Shown in pieces: positions 28,707 through 38,220 of a DNA stretch of 64,000 bases. Source of the DNA: a virus (taxonomy: Duplodnaviria; Heunggongvirae; Uroviricota; Caudoviricetes). The stretch is from IMG/VR virus record IMGVR_UViG_3300010356_003454, positions 72,820 to 136,819 of that record, one strand, 5' to 3'. How positions within the stretch are numbered: the stretch's first letter is position 1; every line of letters starts with the position of its first letter. Below the pieces are notes generated by a model that worked only from the letters and a program-made list of their open reading frames with translations, was not told the origin of the DNA and ran no database searches. The translations under genes and the position numbers were made by a program.

Positions 28707-29464
28707 TGAAACAATTGATAGAGCTTTCTGAAGGAACGGACGTAACCGGACTTCTTGGGATTACTAAATGGGAGCCTCAGATTCCTGCTTGCCTTGCCGG
28801 TCTTGCTAAGGGAGCCTTTCCTTCTCATTCCATCAAGACGGATGAGGAAAGGGTTCAGAACCTTGTGGACATATATGAGGAATACCGTACCAGATACACC
28901 TGGATTGCTACGGAAAAACTTGATGGATCGTCCACGACTTATTCTATTGTCAATGACGAATTTGGAGTTTCTTCTCGCAATCTGGAACTTAAAGAGACCG
29001 AGGATAATACCTTCTGGAAGGTTGCAAGAGCTCTTGATGTTGAGGAAAAAATGAGGAAGTATATGACTGATCACGGTCTTAATGCTTTGACTCTTCAGGG
29101 TGAACTTCTTGGAGAAGGGATTCAGAAGAATAAGTATCATCTTAAAGGCCATACAGTGAGATTCTTCAGGGTCTTCGATCCTACCGCTTATTCTTTCTTC
29201 CCATATCATCAGGCTATAAAGGCTATTGCAGAAATGGGACTTGATTTTGTTCCTGTTATTGAGACTGATATGACTCTTCCCGACACAGTTGAAGAGATTA
29301 TTCGCTATGCAGATGGAAGATCAGCTCTTTATGAAACTGCAAGGGAAGGAGTGGTATTCGTTGCTGATCAGCTTATTGATAAGTCTGCGGATCTTAGCAG
29401 ATACCAAGGAAGGCTTTCATTTAAGGTTATTTCAAACAAATTCATACTAAAACACGAAGAATAA
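28706..29464 (+). CDS. ATP-dependent RNA ligase (Rnl/PF09414-like nucleotidyltransferase)
   Basis: KxDG adenylation motif in ATEKLDGSST. Length and motif spacing fit small RNA ligases. Confidence 0.6.
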   Translation: MKQLIELSEGTDVTGLLGITKWEPQIPACLAGLAKGAFPSHSIKTDEERVQNLVDIYEEYRTRYTWIATEKLDGSSTTYSIVNDEFGVSSRNLELKETEDNTFWKVARALDVEEKMRKYMTDHGLNALTLQGELLGEGIQKNKYHLKGHTVRFFRVFDPTAYSFFPYHQAIKAIAEMGLDFVPVIETDMTLPDTVEEIIRYADGRSALYETAREGVVFVADQLIDKSADLSRYQGRLSFKVISNKFILKHEE

Positions 29465-29916
29465 TGGACAAAAAAGTAGAAGAAGCAATTAATGAGTATC
29501 AGTGTCCTGGATGCTCTGTAGGCCCTTATCTAAAAAACGGGTGTACAGCATTCAAAAAGAGATCCTGGTCAGAATCATGCGATGCTCATAGTGCAGGAAC
29601 TTCTCTCGGCCTCTCTATTAAGATCTTTCTGGGAATGCCGAAGGGATTTAACCGAACTGGCGGAGGATTGGGTGATAAGCCCCGTCTGTCTTTGGATATC
29701 TTTAAATCTTTTGATGAGGTTTGGGATAAGGACGGAAAACCTTATGACGAATGGAATATCCCAGTCTGGAAGTATCTGAATGAGAATGGGCATACTCTTG
29801 TCAGAGGAATGTCCCCCAGAAACAATGCTCCCTTCCTTCATGTGATTCTCGAGAACTGCATGGATAGGATTGATTGCTTCGAAGTAACAAAGCAGATGGT
29901 TGAAGAAATGGACTAA
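29464..29916 (+). CDS. Cys-rich hypothetical protein
   Basis: ORF with CPGC...C...C N-terminus. Confidence 0.35.
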   Translation: MDKKVEEAINEYQCPGCSVGPYLKNGCTAFKKRSWSESCDAHSAGTSLGLSIKIFLGMPKGFNRTGGGLGDKPRLSLDIFKSFDEVWDKDGKPYDEWNIPVWKYLNENGHTLVRGMSPRNNAPFLHVILENCMDRIDCFEVTKQMVEEMD

Positions 29917-29931
29917 TTAATAAAACAAATT

Positions 29932-31059
29932 TTGATAATTCTAAATACTAAAACAATGAGTGAAAAAGCGAGTGTAAAACTCAGTACAAAGTCTTGGCAT
30001 TATAAACTGATAAAGTTTATTCTGGGATCGGCAGCACCTACGCCCTATAATATGAACAACCTCTGTCCGTATTTTTGGCTCTTGGTATTCAGCCTTTTGG
30101 TAGTTCCCTTTGTGGCTCCTATTAAAGGAATTGCGAAATTCTTAACCTGGTTTTTTAATGGATTTATTAATCTGTTAGAGAGCTCGATGATTTCTCCTAT
30201 CGCAGATAACTGGGAAAAGAGCTTAACTGATTTTGATGTCTATCAGATATGGACTTGGAATCAGGAAGTAAATAAATTTTTTAAATCTGTTCATAAGAAA
30301 GATGATCGTCCTATAGATCATTCAGATTTTGCCCGGGAATGGTGGACTAAGAAATATGGAGAGGATCCATTTAAGAACCAATACGAAGGAGGGTATACAG
30401 AAAAATTCCAAAAATGGCTTAATGAAATGAGGGAGAAGGATGCAGCGTTGAAAACTGCTGAGTATACAAAGGAGAAGGAAGAGCATGTTAAGAAACTTCA
30501 GAGGAAGGAGAAATTGGAGAAATTCGGTAAGGGCGTTGATAACATCTTCCAAAAAGTTGGTGATGAGTTTCGCTCATGGAAGAATCTTATCAAATGGACC
30601 AAGAGGGTGGTAGGCCTTATCATTACTCTTCTGGGACTGGTAGTTACTTTCTTTGTTGTTAACTTTATTGGTAAGGGAATTCTCCTTCTCATCATCAATT
30701 GGAGCTGGCCGGTATTCTTTGGTGTTTTAATAGTATTGGCAGTTATAGGATTAGGCGCTCTTTTTGTTCATTTCATTGGAATTCTTATAAAGTATATTGA
30801 GGCTAAAGGTCGAAAGGTATGGTGGATTAATATTCTTTATTATCTTTCCCTAGTGGTATTCTATCCCTTTAAATGGATCTTTTATAATTTCTTCTGGAAA
30901 ATCCTCTGTGTTGGCGGATGGTATCTTATAAAGAAAGGTGCTATTGGTCTCTGGGACGGCATCCTTGGATTCCTTGGAATCTTTGGTGAATATTTCGGAG
31001 CTTCCTATACAGATTATTGTCCTGGAATAGAATGGGATCAAGATGAACAAAAAAGATAG
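29932..31059 (+). CDS. multi-pass membrane protein
   Basis: Several predicted TM helices flank a charged central region. Confidence 0.4.
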   Translation: MIILNTKTMSEKASVKLSTKSWHYKLIKFILGSAAPTPYNMNNLCPYFWLLVFSLLVVPFVAPIKGIAKFLTWFFNGFINLLESSMISPIADNWEKSLTDFDVYQIWTWNQEVNKFFKSVHKKDDRPIDHSDFAREWWTKKYGEDPFKNQYEGGYTEKFQKWLNEMREKDAALKTAEYTKEKEEHVKKLQRKEKLEKFGKGVDNIFQKVGDEFRSWKNLIKWTKRVVGLIITLLGLVVTFFVVNFIGKGILLLIINWSWPVFFGVLIVLAVIGLGALFVHFIGILIKYIEAKGRKVWWINILYYLSLVVFYPFKWIFYNFFWKILCVGGWYLIKKGAIGLWDGILGFLGIFGEYFGASYTDYCPGIEWDQDEQKR

Positions 31060-31189
31060 AGAAGAACTAAACAAGGCCTTAGAGCTGGCTGAGAAGCACA
31101 AAGACTGCAAACACGAATTTGTGGTTAAGGAGTATCCCAGCCAGCCCTATGGCACCTGTCTCGTCTGCGGAAGAACAATTTTTAAATAA
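31043..31189 (+). CDS. small Zn-ribbon-like ORF (48 aa)
   Basis: ATG ORF with CKHEF...CLVCG. Overlaps the upstream gene end. Not in the ORF track. Confidence 0.2.
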   Translation: MNKKDREELNKALELAEKHKDCKHEFVVKEYPSQPYGTCLVCGRTIFK

Positions 31190-31200
31190 AAACAAAAAAC

Positions 31201-31788
31201 ATGTATACATTCATAATTTTAGCTATCGTATCCTTTCTTATTTCCGGAATAGTCTTCGGAAAGAGACTTAAAGAGAATCAGTTCTTTGTTGCCTTGATTG
31301 TTATATGTGGAACTCTCCTAGGATCCGTTATTATAAACGGAGTCGTCGGGCTAAAAATTCCGCTGAAAGAGGTTAAGGTTAAAGAATTTCCGCTGGATAG
31401 GGAATTATCCCAGATAATAACTCTAACGGATACAATAGAATTTATATCTTATCTGGAATATACCTATAAAATGAAATCCGATAGCTCTATTAAATATAAT
31501 TCTTTGGATTTCGATAATATTGAATATCTCCAGTCGAGCGAAACAGGAAGGATCTCTCGTTTTTCTATCAATTGGCTTCCGGAAGGAGATACAATTCCTA
31601 GATATGAAAGGTGGAAAGAGAAGAGAATTATAGGAGATAATAGATGGATATCTTCAATAGGCATTCCTAATGGGAGAAGACTCCATAAAGTCTTTATCCC
31701 TCAGGATTCAATTCATATAGTACTCGTAAATCATCTTAATGATAAATTCTTTAGAAATGAAGAAACAAAAATCGCTTTCGCTAATTAG
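31201..31788 (+). CDS. membrane protein
   Basis: Two N-terminal TM helices. Confidence 0.35.
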   Translation: MYTFIILAIVSFLISGIVFGKRLKENQFFVALIVICGTLLGSVIINGVVGLKIPLKEVKVKEFPLDRELSQIITLTDTIEFISYLEYTYKMKSDSSIKYNSLDFDNIEYLQSSETGRISRFSINWLPEGDTIPRYERWKEKRIIGDNRWISSIGIPNGRRLHKVFIPQDSIHIVLVNHLNDKFFRNEETKIAFAN

Positions 31789-32008
31789 GATCTTCCTTCT
31801 TAAAGAAGGAGTCTTCTGGAAGAGGACATGGAGCATGAGAAAGAAATCTGGATGGTTTGGATTTATAATTGCTCTTCCTTTTCTGACTTTGGCTCATTAT
31901 GCTTTTGCTCTGATGCACTTCTTATTTGAGTGTTTTCTCTGGATTGTAATGAGACCTCAGTTCAGAGCGAATCTTCGGAAACTTCAGCTACAAGTTCAAG
32001 TAGCTTAA
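31739..32008 (+). CDS. small membrane protein
   Basis: Hydrophobic segments. Overlaps the upstream gene. Confidence 0.25.
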   Translation: MINSLEMKKQKSLSLIRIFLLKEGVFWKRTWSMRKKSGWFGFIIALPFLTLAHYAFALMHFLFECFLWIVMRPQFRANLRKLQLQVQVA

Positions 32009-32064
32009 AATGAAAACTTAACTCCGAGAAGATTCTATAAATCTATAGACTAAAATAATATATC

Positions 32065-32271
32065 ATGGAAACTTTTTTAACACTTCTTATCGCTTACATT
32101 CTCGGAGTATCTTTTTATACAATGGCTGTTCGGTGGAACGGAACAAATAAGTATGTAAAGGATATTAAGATCTGGCCTATTGTTTGGGAAGGAGCAAAGG
32201 GCATGGCCATAGGATTTGCTGTTGTAGCAGCCCTTATATTTGTTATTTCAAAGATCTCTATGCTGCTATAA
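32065..32271 (+). CDS. small two-TM membrane protein
   Basis: Two TM helices in 68 aa. Confidence 0.25.
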   Translation: METFLTLLIAYILGVSFYTMAVRWNGTNKYVKDIKIWPIVWEGAKGMAIGFAVVAALIFVISKISMLL

Positions 32272-32281
32272 TTTTCAAATC

Positions 32282-32710
32282 ATGAAAAAGCTGATATTCC
32301 TACTATCGATAGCTCTTCTTTTTGCTTCATGCGAAAAAGAGCCGGAGCCTGAACCAGAACCGCAGACTCTAATAGAGTTTCTGGAAGGAGAGTGGACCTG
32401 CAATCGACAAACTGTTCAGGGCCATCAGGCAGATTTAACCCTGACATTTACAGAGGATAACTACACGTTATTTGTGGATTTTGCCGAGCATATTATTCCC
32501 AACTTTACAGCCACAAATAAGGGTTATCAAATTCTAAATGAAGACCGGAGAGTTCGATTAGATTATCCATATTCCCCAGAATCTTTCTTAGTAGAGTATG
32601 ATGTGGCTTGGACAGAGCTTAATCAGGAGAATATGACCTGGACTCCAAGACCAACTAATGAGAAGAATATAACGAGCAATCCTGTCATGCTAACCTGGAC
32701 AAGAAAATAA
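32282..32710 (+). CDS. putative lipoprotein
   Basis: MKKLIFLLSIALLFASCEKEPEP. Signal peptide plus lipobox Cys. Confidence 0.4.
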   Translation: MKKLIFLLSIALLFASCEKEPEPEPEPQTLIEFLEGEWTCNRQTVQGHQADLTLTFTEDNYTLFVDFAEHIIPNFTATNKGYQILNEDRRVRLDYPYSPESFLVEYDVAWTELNQENMTWTPRPTNEKNITSNPVMLTWTRK

Positions 32711-32731
32711 GTTAAACTTTTGTTAAAAAAG

Positions 32732-32765
32732 TTCCCGAGGTATCGTTGATATCTCGGGAATTTTT
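32732..32765 (+). terminator. rho-independent terminator fused to a -10-like TATATTAG
   Basis: ttcccgag/ctcgggaa 8-bp perfect stem followed by TTTTT, then TATTATATTAGCC. Confidence 0.5.
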
Positions 32766-32794
32766 ATTATATTAGCCCTATAAAACAAAAGATT

Positions 32795-33457
32795 ATGAAT
32801 TTCGAAAGAGGCAAAGATCCGCTTAGGTCAATGGGAATAGGTCATTCTCAGAAGAGAGAATTCGCCAGCATTAGAGAGGCCGCAGAATGGGCTCTTCTCT
32901 TCCCTGCTGAATACACCGATGGCCAGATTACTAAATGGTCCAGGGATATGATAAGCTCTGGCAGGCTGGAACTTCCTAATGGAGTTCATACCGGTTGGCT
33001 TCAGATGGTTAAATGGATGAAGGATAATATCCGTATTCCCTCTCTTTTCGGGAATGAAAAAATTGGTCTTAAGGAGGCTAAAAATGTGATAGACCTTATG
33101 AGAGAAATGATCCCAGTCTATCTGATGAAGGGGGATAACCTGATGGCTAATTATAATACAGCTCTTAAGGAACTATACGATCATGTAGGATTCAAAGAGG
33201 ATTGGGTGGTATATCCCGTTGATGATAGAACAGATATGTTCTGGTCTCTTGATGGCGATTCTGCTGTAAGATATTCTGAGACCGAAGAAAAGCTTAAGGA
33301 CGAAGCTGCTGGTGAATACTACGAAGATGAAATTTACAAGCAGAGGTTCTATTCCAAATGGATCTATGAAGGCCAGGATCTCACCATGATTTTTGTCGAT
33401 ACTCATGTTGATGGCATGAGATACTTTGCAATATTTAGTAATTCAAAAAAGATATGA
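32795..33457 (+). CDS. FERG-leader family protein
   Basis: MNFERGKDPLRSMGIGH. Confidence 0.55.
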   Translation: MNFERGKDPLRSMGIGHSQKREFASIREAAEWALLFPAEYTDGQITKWSRDMISSGRLELPNGVHTGWLQMVKWMKDNIRIPSLFGNEKIGLKEAKNVIDLMREMIPVYLMKGDNLMANYNTALKELYDHVGFKEDWVVYPVDDRTDMFWSLDGDSAVRYSETEEKLKDEAAGEYYEDEIYKQRFYSKWIYEGQDLTMIFVDTHVDGMRYFAIFSNSKKI

Positions 33458-33756
33458 AGCTAAATCCTGCAGGATACGGAAATCATAATAACCTCTGGTG
33501 CACAGCACGCAAATGGGGCATCACCTTTAAAATCATGGTCTTCTTCAATTCCGGAAATGCTTATATCATGAAGAGCACTAAGAAGAATTTTGATTCGACT
33601 CGGGATTACAATAAACTCTACAAAGAATTAAAGGAGTCATTAGCAGATATGGATTTTGTTCTCCAAACACCAAGAAAAAGGTATTTACACTGTAATATTA
33701 GAACTACCGCTAATCTCATGCATCATCTCAAACAAATGGGAATAAATGAACTTTGA
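33454..33756 (+). CDS. hypothetical protein
   Basis: ORF inside the tandem FERG array with no leader. Confidence 0.3.
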   Translation: MKLNPAGYGNHNNLWCTARKWGITFKIMVFFNSGNAYIMKSTKKNFDSTRDYNKLYKELKESLADMDFVLQTPRKRYLHCNIRTTANLMHHLKQMGINEL

Positions 33757-34081
33757 CAGGGATTCAGATATTAAAACTCGTCTTGGTATAGGAAGATATA
33801 CAGAAGAGAATCTGATTAGAATTATATCAGAAGCTCTTCGAAAATCTCATTCTTTTAGTGAATATGTTCTATCAAATATGCCGGTCTTGATATCTAGTCA
33901 TGTTGCTGAATGGATTCACCCTAAGACTGGCGGATATTTCAATCTTATAAAACCAGAAAAATTATCTATGGAATCTCATAATAAATTCCCTGGATATTTT
34001 ATTACTTATGACGATGGGGGATTTTCCTATGGTAATTTATCCCTATCAGCTTTTTTTAAAGATTTTAATATAGAGCTATGA
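33746..34081 (+). CDS. FERG-leader family protein
   Basis: MNFDRDSDIKTRLGIGR. Confidence 0.5.
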   Translation: MNFDRDSDIKTRLGIGRYTEENLIRIISEALRKSHSFSEYVLSNMPVLISSHVAEWIHPKTGGYFNLIKPEKLSMESHNKFPGYFITYDDGGFSYGNLSLSAFFKDFNIEL

Positions 34082-34410
34082 ATTTCGAAAGAGGTATAAG
34101 TCCTAAAAAATCAATGCGAATAGGCATTGGAAGTCAGGCTCTTCATTTAAGAGGCATTTATAATAGAAATATAATTTTCAGTACTTTACCTGATACCGAT
34201 GATACTGCGGTTGAATTTAGAGTAATCAATGGACCTGATGGACATAGGATTTTCAAAGAAATACAGGAAAATGGGATTCAATCGAAACATGAAAAGTATT
34301 GGGTTCATACAGGAGGGAGTCAAGGACATCTTCCTATTGATTGGATAGCTGGACGATGGATTGAGTATCTAAAGAGCTATTATAAAATACCAGAAAGAGA
34401 TGAATTTTGA
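34078..34410 (+). CDS. FERG-leader family protein
   Basis: MNFERGISPKKSMRIGIG. Confidence 0.55.
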   Translation: MNFERGISPKKSMRIGIGSQALHLRGIYNRNIIFSTLPDTDDTAVEFRVINGPDGHRIFKEIQENGIQSKHEKYWVHTGGSQGHLPIDWIAGRWIEYLKSYYKIPERDEF

Positions 34411-34678
34411 AAGAGGAAAAGACCCGAAAGAGGCTTTAGGAATAGGAATAGAACGAGCTGTTCTAAACATTATTCGGAGAAATATTTCGGATGCTGTTAT
34501 TTCTGTTGACGGGGAAATGAGAAAACATATAATAAGAGAAATAGAAAAATTTACTGGATGGAGAGAGGCAAAACATTGGACTTCTATGGATCAAAATAAG
34601 GTTTTTAGATTTATTAATCCGAAAGATGAAGCTAAAATAATTGTCATTAATTTAGATTATAGAAAAGACTATGCCTAA
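34400..34678 (+). CDS. FERG-leader family protein
   Basis: MNFERGKDPKEALGIGI. Confidence 0.55.
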   Translation: MNFERGKDPKEALGIGIERAVLNIIRRNISDAVISVDGEMRKHIIREIEKFTGWREAKHWTSMDQNKVFRFINPKDEAKIIVINLDYRKDYA

Positions 34679-34997
34679 TTTTGAAAGAGGAAAAAATCCA
34701 AAAGAAGCCTTAGGAATAGGCTTATTCTCAAAGAGATGTTTTGATTCAGTACTAGCTGCTAGAAAATGGCTAGTTCAAAATCATGTGGATATTTTAGGAT
34801 TGAATGGCCTTTGCGATCCATATCCTACTGAAGAGCAATTTGCAAATCTTCGAGCTTATGTTGAAAAATATATTTCCTATAGCGATGATGAATCTTGGAC
34901 ATCAGATAGCCTTGTTAATGGGGTAGCTCAGCTCTATAGGGAACTACATGAAGTAAGAAATTCTATTGGAAATATAATGAACGGTAATAATAGATAA
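34671..34997 (+). CDS. FERG-leader family protein
   Basis: MPNFERGKNPKEALGIGL. Confidence 0.55.
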   Translation: MPNFERGKNPKEALGIGLFSKRCFDSVLAARKWLVQNHVDILGLNGLCDPYPTEEQFANLRAYVEKYISYSDDESWTSDSLVNGVAQLYRELHEVRNSIGNIMNGNNR

Positions 34998-34999
34998 TT

Positions 35000-35755
35000 A
35001 TGAAAGAAGAATTTTCACCACTGACAATTGAGAAATTAGAGCATTATGTCTATACACTTTCTGATTCTCGGACCGGCCAGGTTTTCTATGTAGGTAAGGG
35101 AGTTGGAAACAGAGTATTTTCTCATGTGAATGATGCTCTGGAAACAGAATCAGAATCAGATAAACTGGATCATATTAGATATCTGATAGCTAAAGGATTC
35201 CCGCCAAAACATACTATAGTCCGCCATGGAATGGACAAGGATACGGCATTTGAGGTTGAAGGAGCTCTTATTGATGCATTTCAATTAGAAGGCCTTAAGA
35301 ATGAGGTAAATGGCCATCATAACAATCAGAGAGGACGTCGGGATTGGCAGGATATAGAAATCGAGTATGGAGCCGTTTCAGCGACCATAGACGATCCTGT
35401 TATCATACTTAAGACATCAGATTGGAGTTGGGATAAAGTGTCTAATACGGTCATATATGATAATATACGCAAAGGCTGGTGGGTCTCAGGTGATAAGAGG
35501 AAGAAGATCAAGTATGCATTGGCTATAAAGTCAGGTATTGTTAGAGAGGTCTATGCTATAGACCATTGGGACGATAACTGGGGAATTACTAACAAGAAGG
35601 GAACTGCATGTAAGAAGGATTTTGTTGGAACTGTGGCTCCTGTAGAGATCAGGGATAAGTATATCTATAAGGATGTTTCGGCATATTTTGCTATTCCGAG
35701 ATTACAGAAAGCATATGTTAATGTAGATGACAAAAAGAAGGAAAAAAATCCATAA
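35000..35755 (+). CDS. GIY-YIG nuclease-like protein
   Basis: HYVYTLSDSRTGQVFYVGKGVGNRVFSH has the GIY-YIG core plus a conserved Arg. Confidence 0.5.
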   Translation: MKEEFSPLTIEKLEHYVYTLSDSRTGQVFYVGKGVGNRVFSHVNDALETESESDKLDHIRYLIAKGFPPKHTIVRHGMDKDTAFEVEGALIDAFQLEGLKNEVNGHHNNQRGRRDWQDIEIEYGAVSATIDDPVIILKTSDWSWDKVSNTVIYDNIRKGWWVSGDKRKKIKYALAIKSGIVREVYAIDHWDDNWGITNKKGTACKKDFVGTVAPVEIRDKYIYKDVSAYFAIPRLQKAYVNVDDKKKEKNP

Positions 35756-35794
35756 AATATTTTTTTATCTCGGAAAGTTTGTTTATATTTAGAG
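35754..35794 (+). promoter_or_regulatory. conserved intergenic module copy
   Basis: AAAATATTTTTTTATCTCGGAAAGTTTGTTTATATTTAGAGG followed by GTAATTAAAAA and the ATG at 35813. Confidence 0.35.
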
Positions 35795-35812
35795 GTAATT
35801 AAAAACAAAAAA

Positions 35813-36070
35813 ATGGAAACACTTAAAGTAAGAATGGGAGACGAAGTTGAAAATTTCTCAAAAGAAGAATTCAACAATGTAATAAATGCTCTTTTCGGAA
35901 CAGAGGACAAGCATATTCATATCGACGATTCCGAGCATCCTTTTATGCAGCATGTTCACCTGTATCAGAGCTCTCTTTTTGATGATCTTCAGAAAATGAT
36001 TTATGGGGATCATCAGATAGAGATCCTGGACGCTGACGAGAATACGGTTTTAGTAGTTAGCAAAGTTTGA
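35813..36070 (+). CDS. hypothetical protein
   Basis: ORF. Confidence 0.3.
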   Translation: METLKVRMGDEVENFSKEEFNNVINALFGTEDKHIHIDDSEHPFMQHVHLYQSSLFDDLQKMIYGDHQIEILDADENTVLVVSKV

Positions 36071-36139
36071 GTGCGGATAAATAAAGAAAATGACCTTTAA
36101 TTAGCTGGATAAAGAATAAAAAACTTAAAAATTAAAATT

Positions 36140-36613
36140 ATGAAAAGATTAGGTATTTTTATTATTGGATTATTAATTTCAATAGGTGTTTGGGGCCAGG
36201 AAAATATTTCTTATATAAAAATCATTGAAGTTCCTAATACTTCTTCTAATGAATTATATGTAAAATGTAATGAATGGTTTGTAAGAACATTTAATTCTGC
36301 AGAATCTGTTATTGAGTTTAGTGATAAAGATAATGGAAAAATAATAGGAAAATATGTATTTCAGGCTACTATGATTTCTCGAATTAAATCAACAATAACT
36401 GTGGATATAAAAAATAATAAAATTAGGGTTAAATGTGATACACCAACAGTCATTTCTTTATCCCCGGATTTGCAAGAAGATCTTGTATTAACAGAAGAAT
36501 ATATTCAATATAAGTCATGGAGAAAGACTCTTTCTAAAATAAATTTAGAATGGGAAAATCTTGTAAAGAATTTGGAATCAAGCTTAATCGAAGATGAAGA
36601 AGATGAATGGTAA
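36140..36613 (+). CDS. secreted hypothetical protein
   Basis: Signal peptide. Confidence 0.35.
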   Translation: MKRLGIFIIGLLISIGVWGQENISYIKIIEVPNTSSNELYVKCNEWFVRTFNSAESVIEFSDKDNGKIIGKYVFQATMISRIKSTITVDIKNNKIRVKCDTPTVISLSPDLQEDLVLTEEYIQYKSWRKTLSKINLEWENLVKNLESSLIEDEEDEW

Positions 36614-36694
36614 TGAATTAAATTTTATAATTAATAAATAATTTAAATTTAATTTCTTAAAGTTTCCTTTTTCGCGAATAAATAAAATACTGTT

Positions 36695-37093
36695 ATGAGA
36701 GCTAAAAAAGTAAATCAGTTATCTATGGATTTTGATTACAGGGATGAGGATCAATTTCCAGATGCTCAAGGGGAGGATCTTGATTTCTTAGAAAAATTAG
36801 CCTGGCAATTTGAAGAAAGATTTCCGATGGGAACTTATGCTTTTAGTTTTTGGCGTCCTGAAGAAGATGGTCCAGCTGTTTTTGAAGTTATAACAAGTGA
36901 AAATCCAGATAAGAAGTTTTTTGATGCTATGTATTTTAAGGCTGAAGGAGGATTTGGATTTAGTATTGGCGAAGGCCCAGTTAGAAAACCCATGTATCCT
37001 GAATTGCTGAAGCTAAAAAATAAAGGGATAGAGGTTAAAAAATATTTAATATCTAATGATCGCTGGTCTGAATTTGAAAAAATGAATTCTTAA
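36695..37093 (+). CDS. MRAK-start family protein (diverged leader)
   Basis: MRAKKVNQLSMDFDYRDED. Confidence 0.4.
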   Translation: MRAKKVNQLSMDFDYRDEDQFPDAQGEDLDFLEKLAWQFEERFPMGTYAFSFWRPEEDGPAVFEVITSENPDKKFFDAMYFKAEGGFGFSIGEGPVRKPMYPELLKLKNKGIEVKKYLISNDRWSEFEKMNS

Positions 37094-37095
37094 TT

Positions 37096-37611
37096 ATGAG
37101 AGCAAAAACTGTTAATGAGAATAATCAATTTGAAAGAGGACAGGATCCTAAAGATGCTATGGATATAGGAAGATACAAAGATCTTAAGGATAAAGATTTT
37201 GATATATGGAATTTTTTTCGATTTCTTCAGTTTAAAGAACATTCTGAAAGTAATGGAGTAACTTTTTATTCAAGAGGTGGGGGACAAGATGAATGCTATG
37301 ATTTTAAAAGAATTTATTATTTCGATGAATATAACTGGATTTCTGATGAAGAAATAATGGATATATTTAGTAGTATTAATAAAAAAGAGCTTCTTAAAAT
37401 TTCGGATAATATAGAGTTATTAGCTTTTAAAGGATCTACTCAACAGAGCACATATTCTTTCCAAGTAGTATTTAAGGGCGATTATCAAGATTATATGGAT
37501 AGGGGGGAGGAAGAGACTATTGAAAAAATAGAAGAATATATTTCAGAATACTTCACTGAAAATTCCGAAGAATTTATTAATTTTGAGGATGAAGAATATG
37601 AAGATGAATAA
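37096..37611 (+). CDS. MRAK/FERG-leader family protein
   Basis: MRAKTVNENNQFERGQDPKDAMDIGR. Confidence 0.55.
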   Translation: MRAKTVNENNQFERGQDPKDAMDIGRYKDLKDKDFDIWNFFRFLQFKEHSESNGVTFYSRGGGQDECYDFKRIYYFDEYNWISDEEIMDIFSSINKKELLKISDNIELLAFKGSTQQSTYSFQVVFKGDYQDYMDRGEEETIEKIEEYISEYFTENSEEFINFEDEEYEDE

Positions 37612-37627
37612 AAATAAAAAAGAGGAA

Positions 37628-38128
37628 ATGAAACTAGTTGCTGAATCCCTAAATGAAATAAAAAATAGGGAAAAATTGATTAAAAGAAGGGAAAAATTAT
37701 TATCCGACTTAGAAAAAGCAAGATCTAATCATAAAAAAGCAGTGGATAGAAAGTCAGAATTTATTGAAAAATATGGAGAGGACGCTTGGTGGAATAATCT
37801 AAGCTATTACAAAGATGGGTATAATGCTTGGAAATATGAGAGAATGAGATATCCCGGAAAGGCTGCTTGGAATGGGGAAGGGCCCATACAGAGAGCGATA
37901 AATAATACATTTATTAAGAAATCCAATATTGAGGAGGAACTTAAAGAAATAGAGGCTAAATTATCTGGGGAGCAGGGGGAGACTGAATTAATGAATGATA
38001 AAGATGTATATATACCTGGGGTTTCGGAATATGACCCAGATCTGGATTATAAATATGCAATGACACATCCGGGCTATAAAGGACCCCCTGGAGGACCATA
38101 TACAAATTATTATAACGATCTGGATTAA
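37628..38128 (+). CDS. MKLVAESLNE-leader family protein
   Basis: Starts MKLVAESLNE, a second leader type shared with the genes at 47297 and 47948. AGAGGA lies upstream of the ATG. Confidence 0.45.
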   Translation: MKLVAESLNEIKNREKLIKRREKLLSDLEKARSNHKKAVDRKSEFIEKYGEDAWWNNLSYYKDGYNAWKYERMRYPGKAAWNGEGPIQRAINNTFIKKSNIEEELKEIEAKLSGEQGETELMNDKDVYIPGVSEYDPDLDYKYAMTHPGYKGPPGGPYTNYYNDLD

Positions 38129-38157
38129 TTTTTTCTTAAATTTTAACGTTTTTTCTT

Positions 38158-38187
38158 CCCAAACATCGTTGGTGTTTGGGAATTTTT
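38158..38187 (+). terminator. rho-independent terminator in a conserved module
   Basis: cccaaaca/tgtttggg stem followed by T-run. Preceded by AATTTTTTCTTAAATTTTAACG, which is identical to the sequence at 49742. Confidence 0.5.
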
Positions 38188-38220
38188 GTTTATATTTATA
38201 GTGTAATTAAACTTAGTGAG

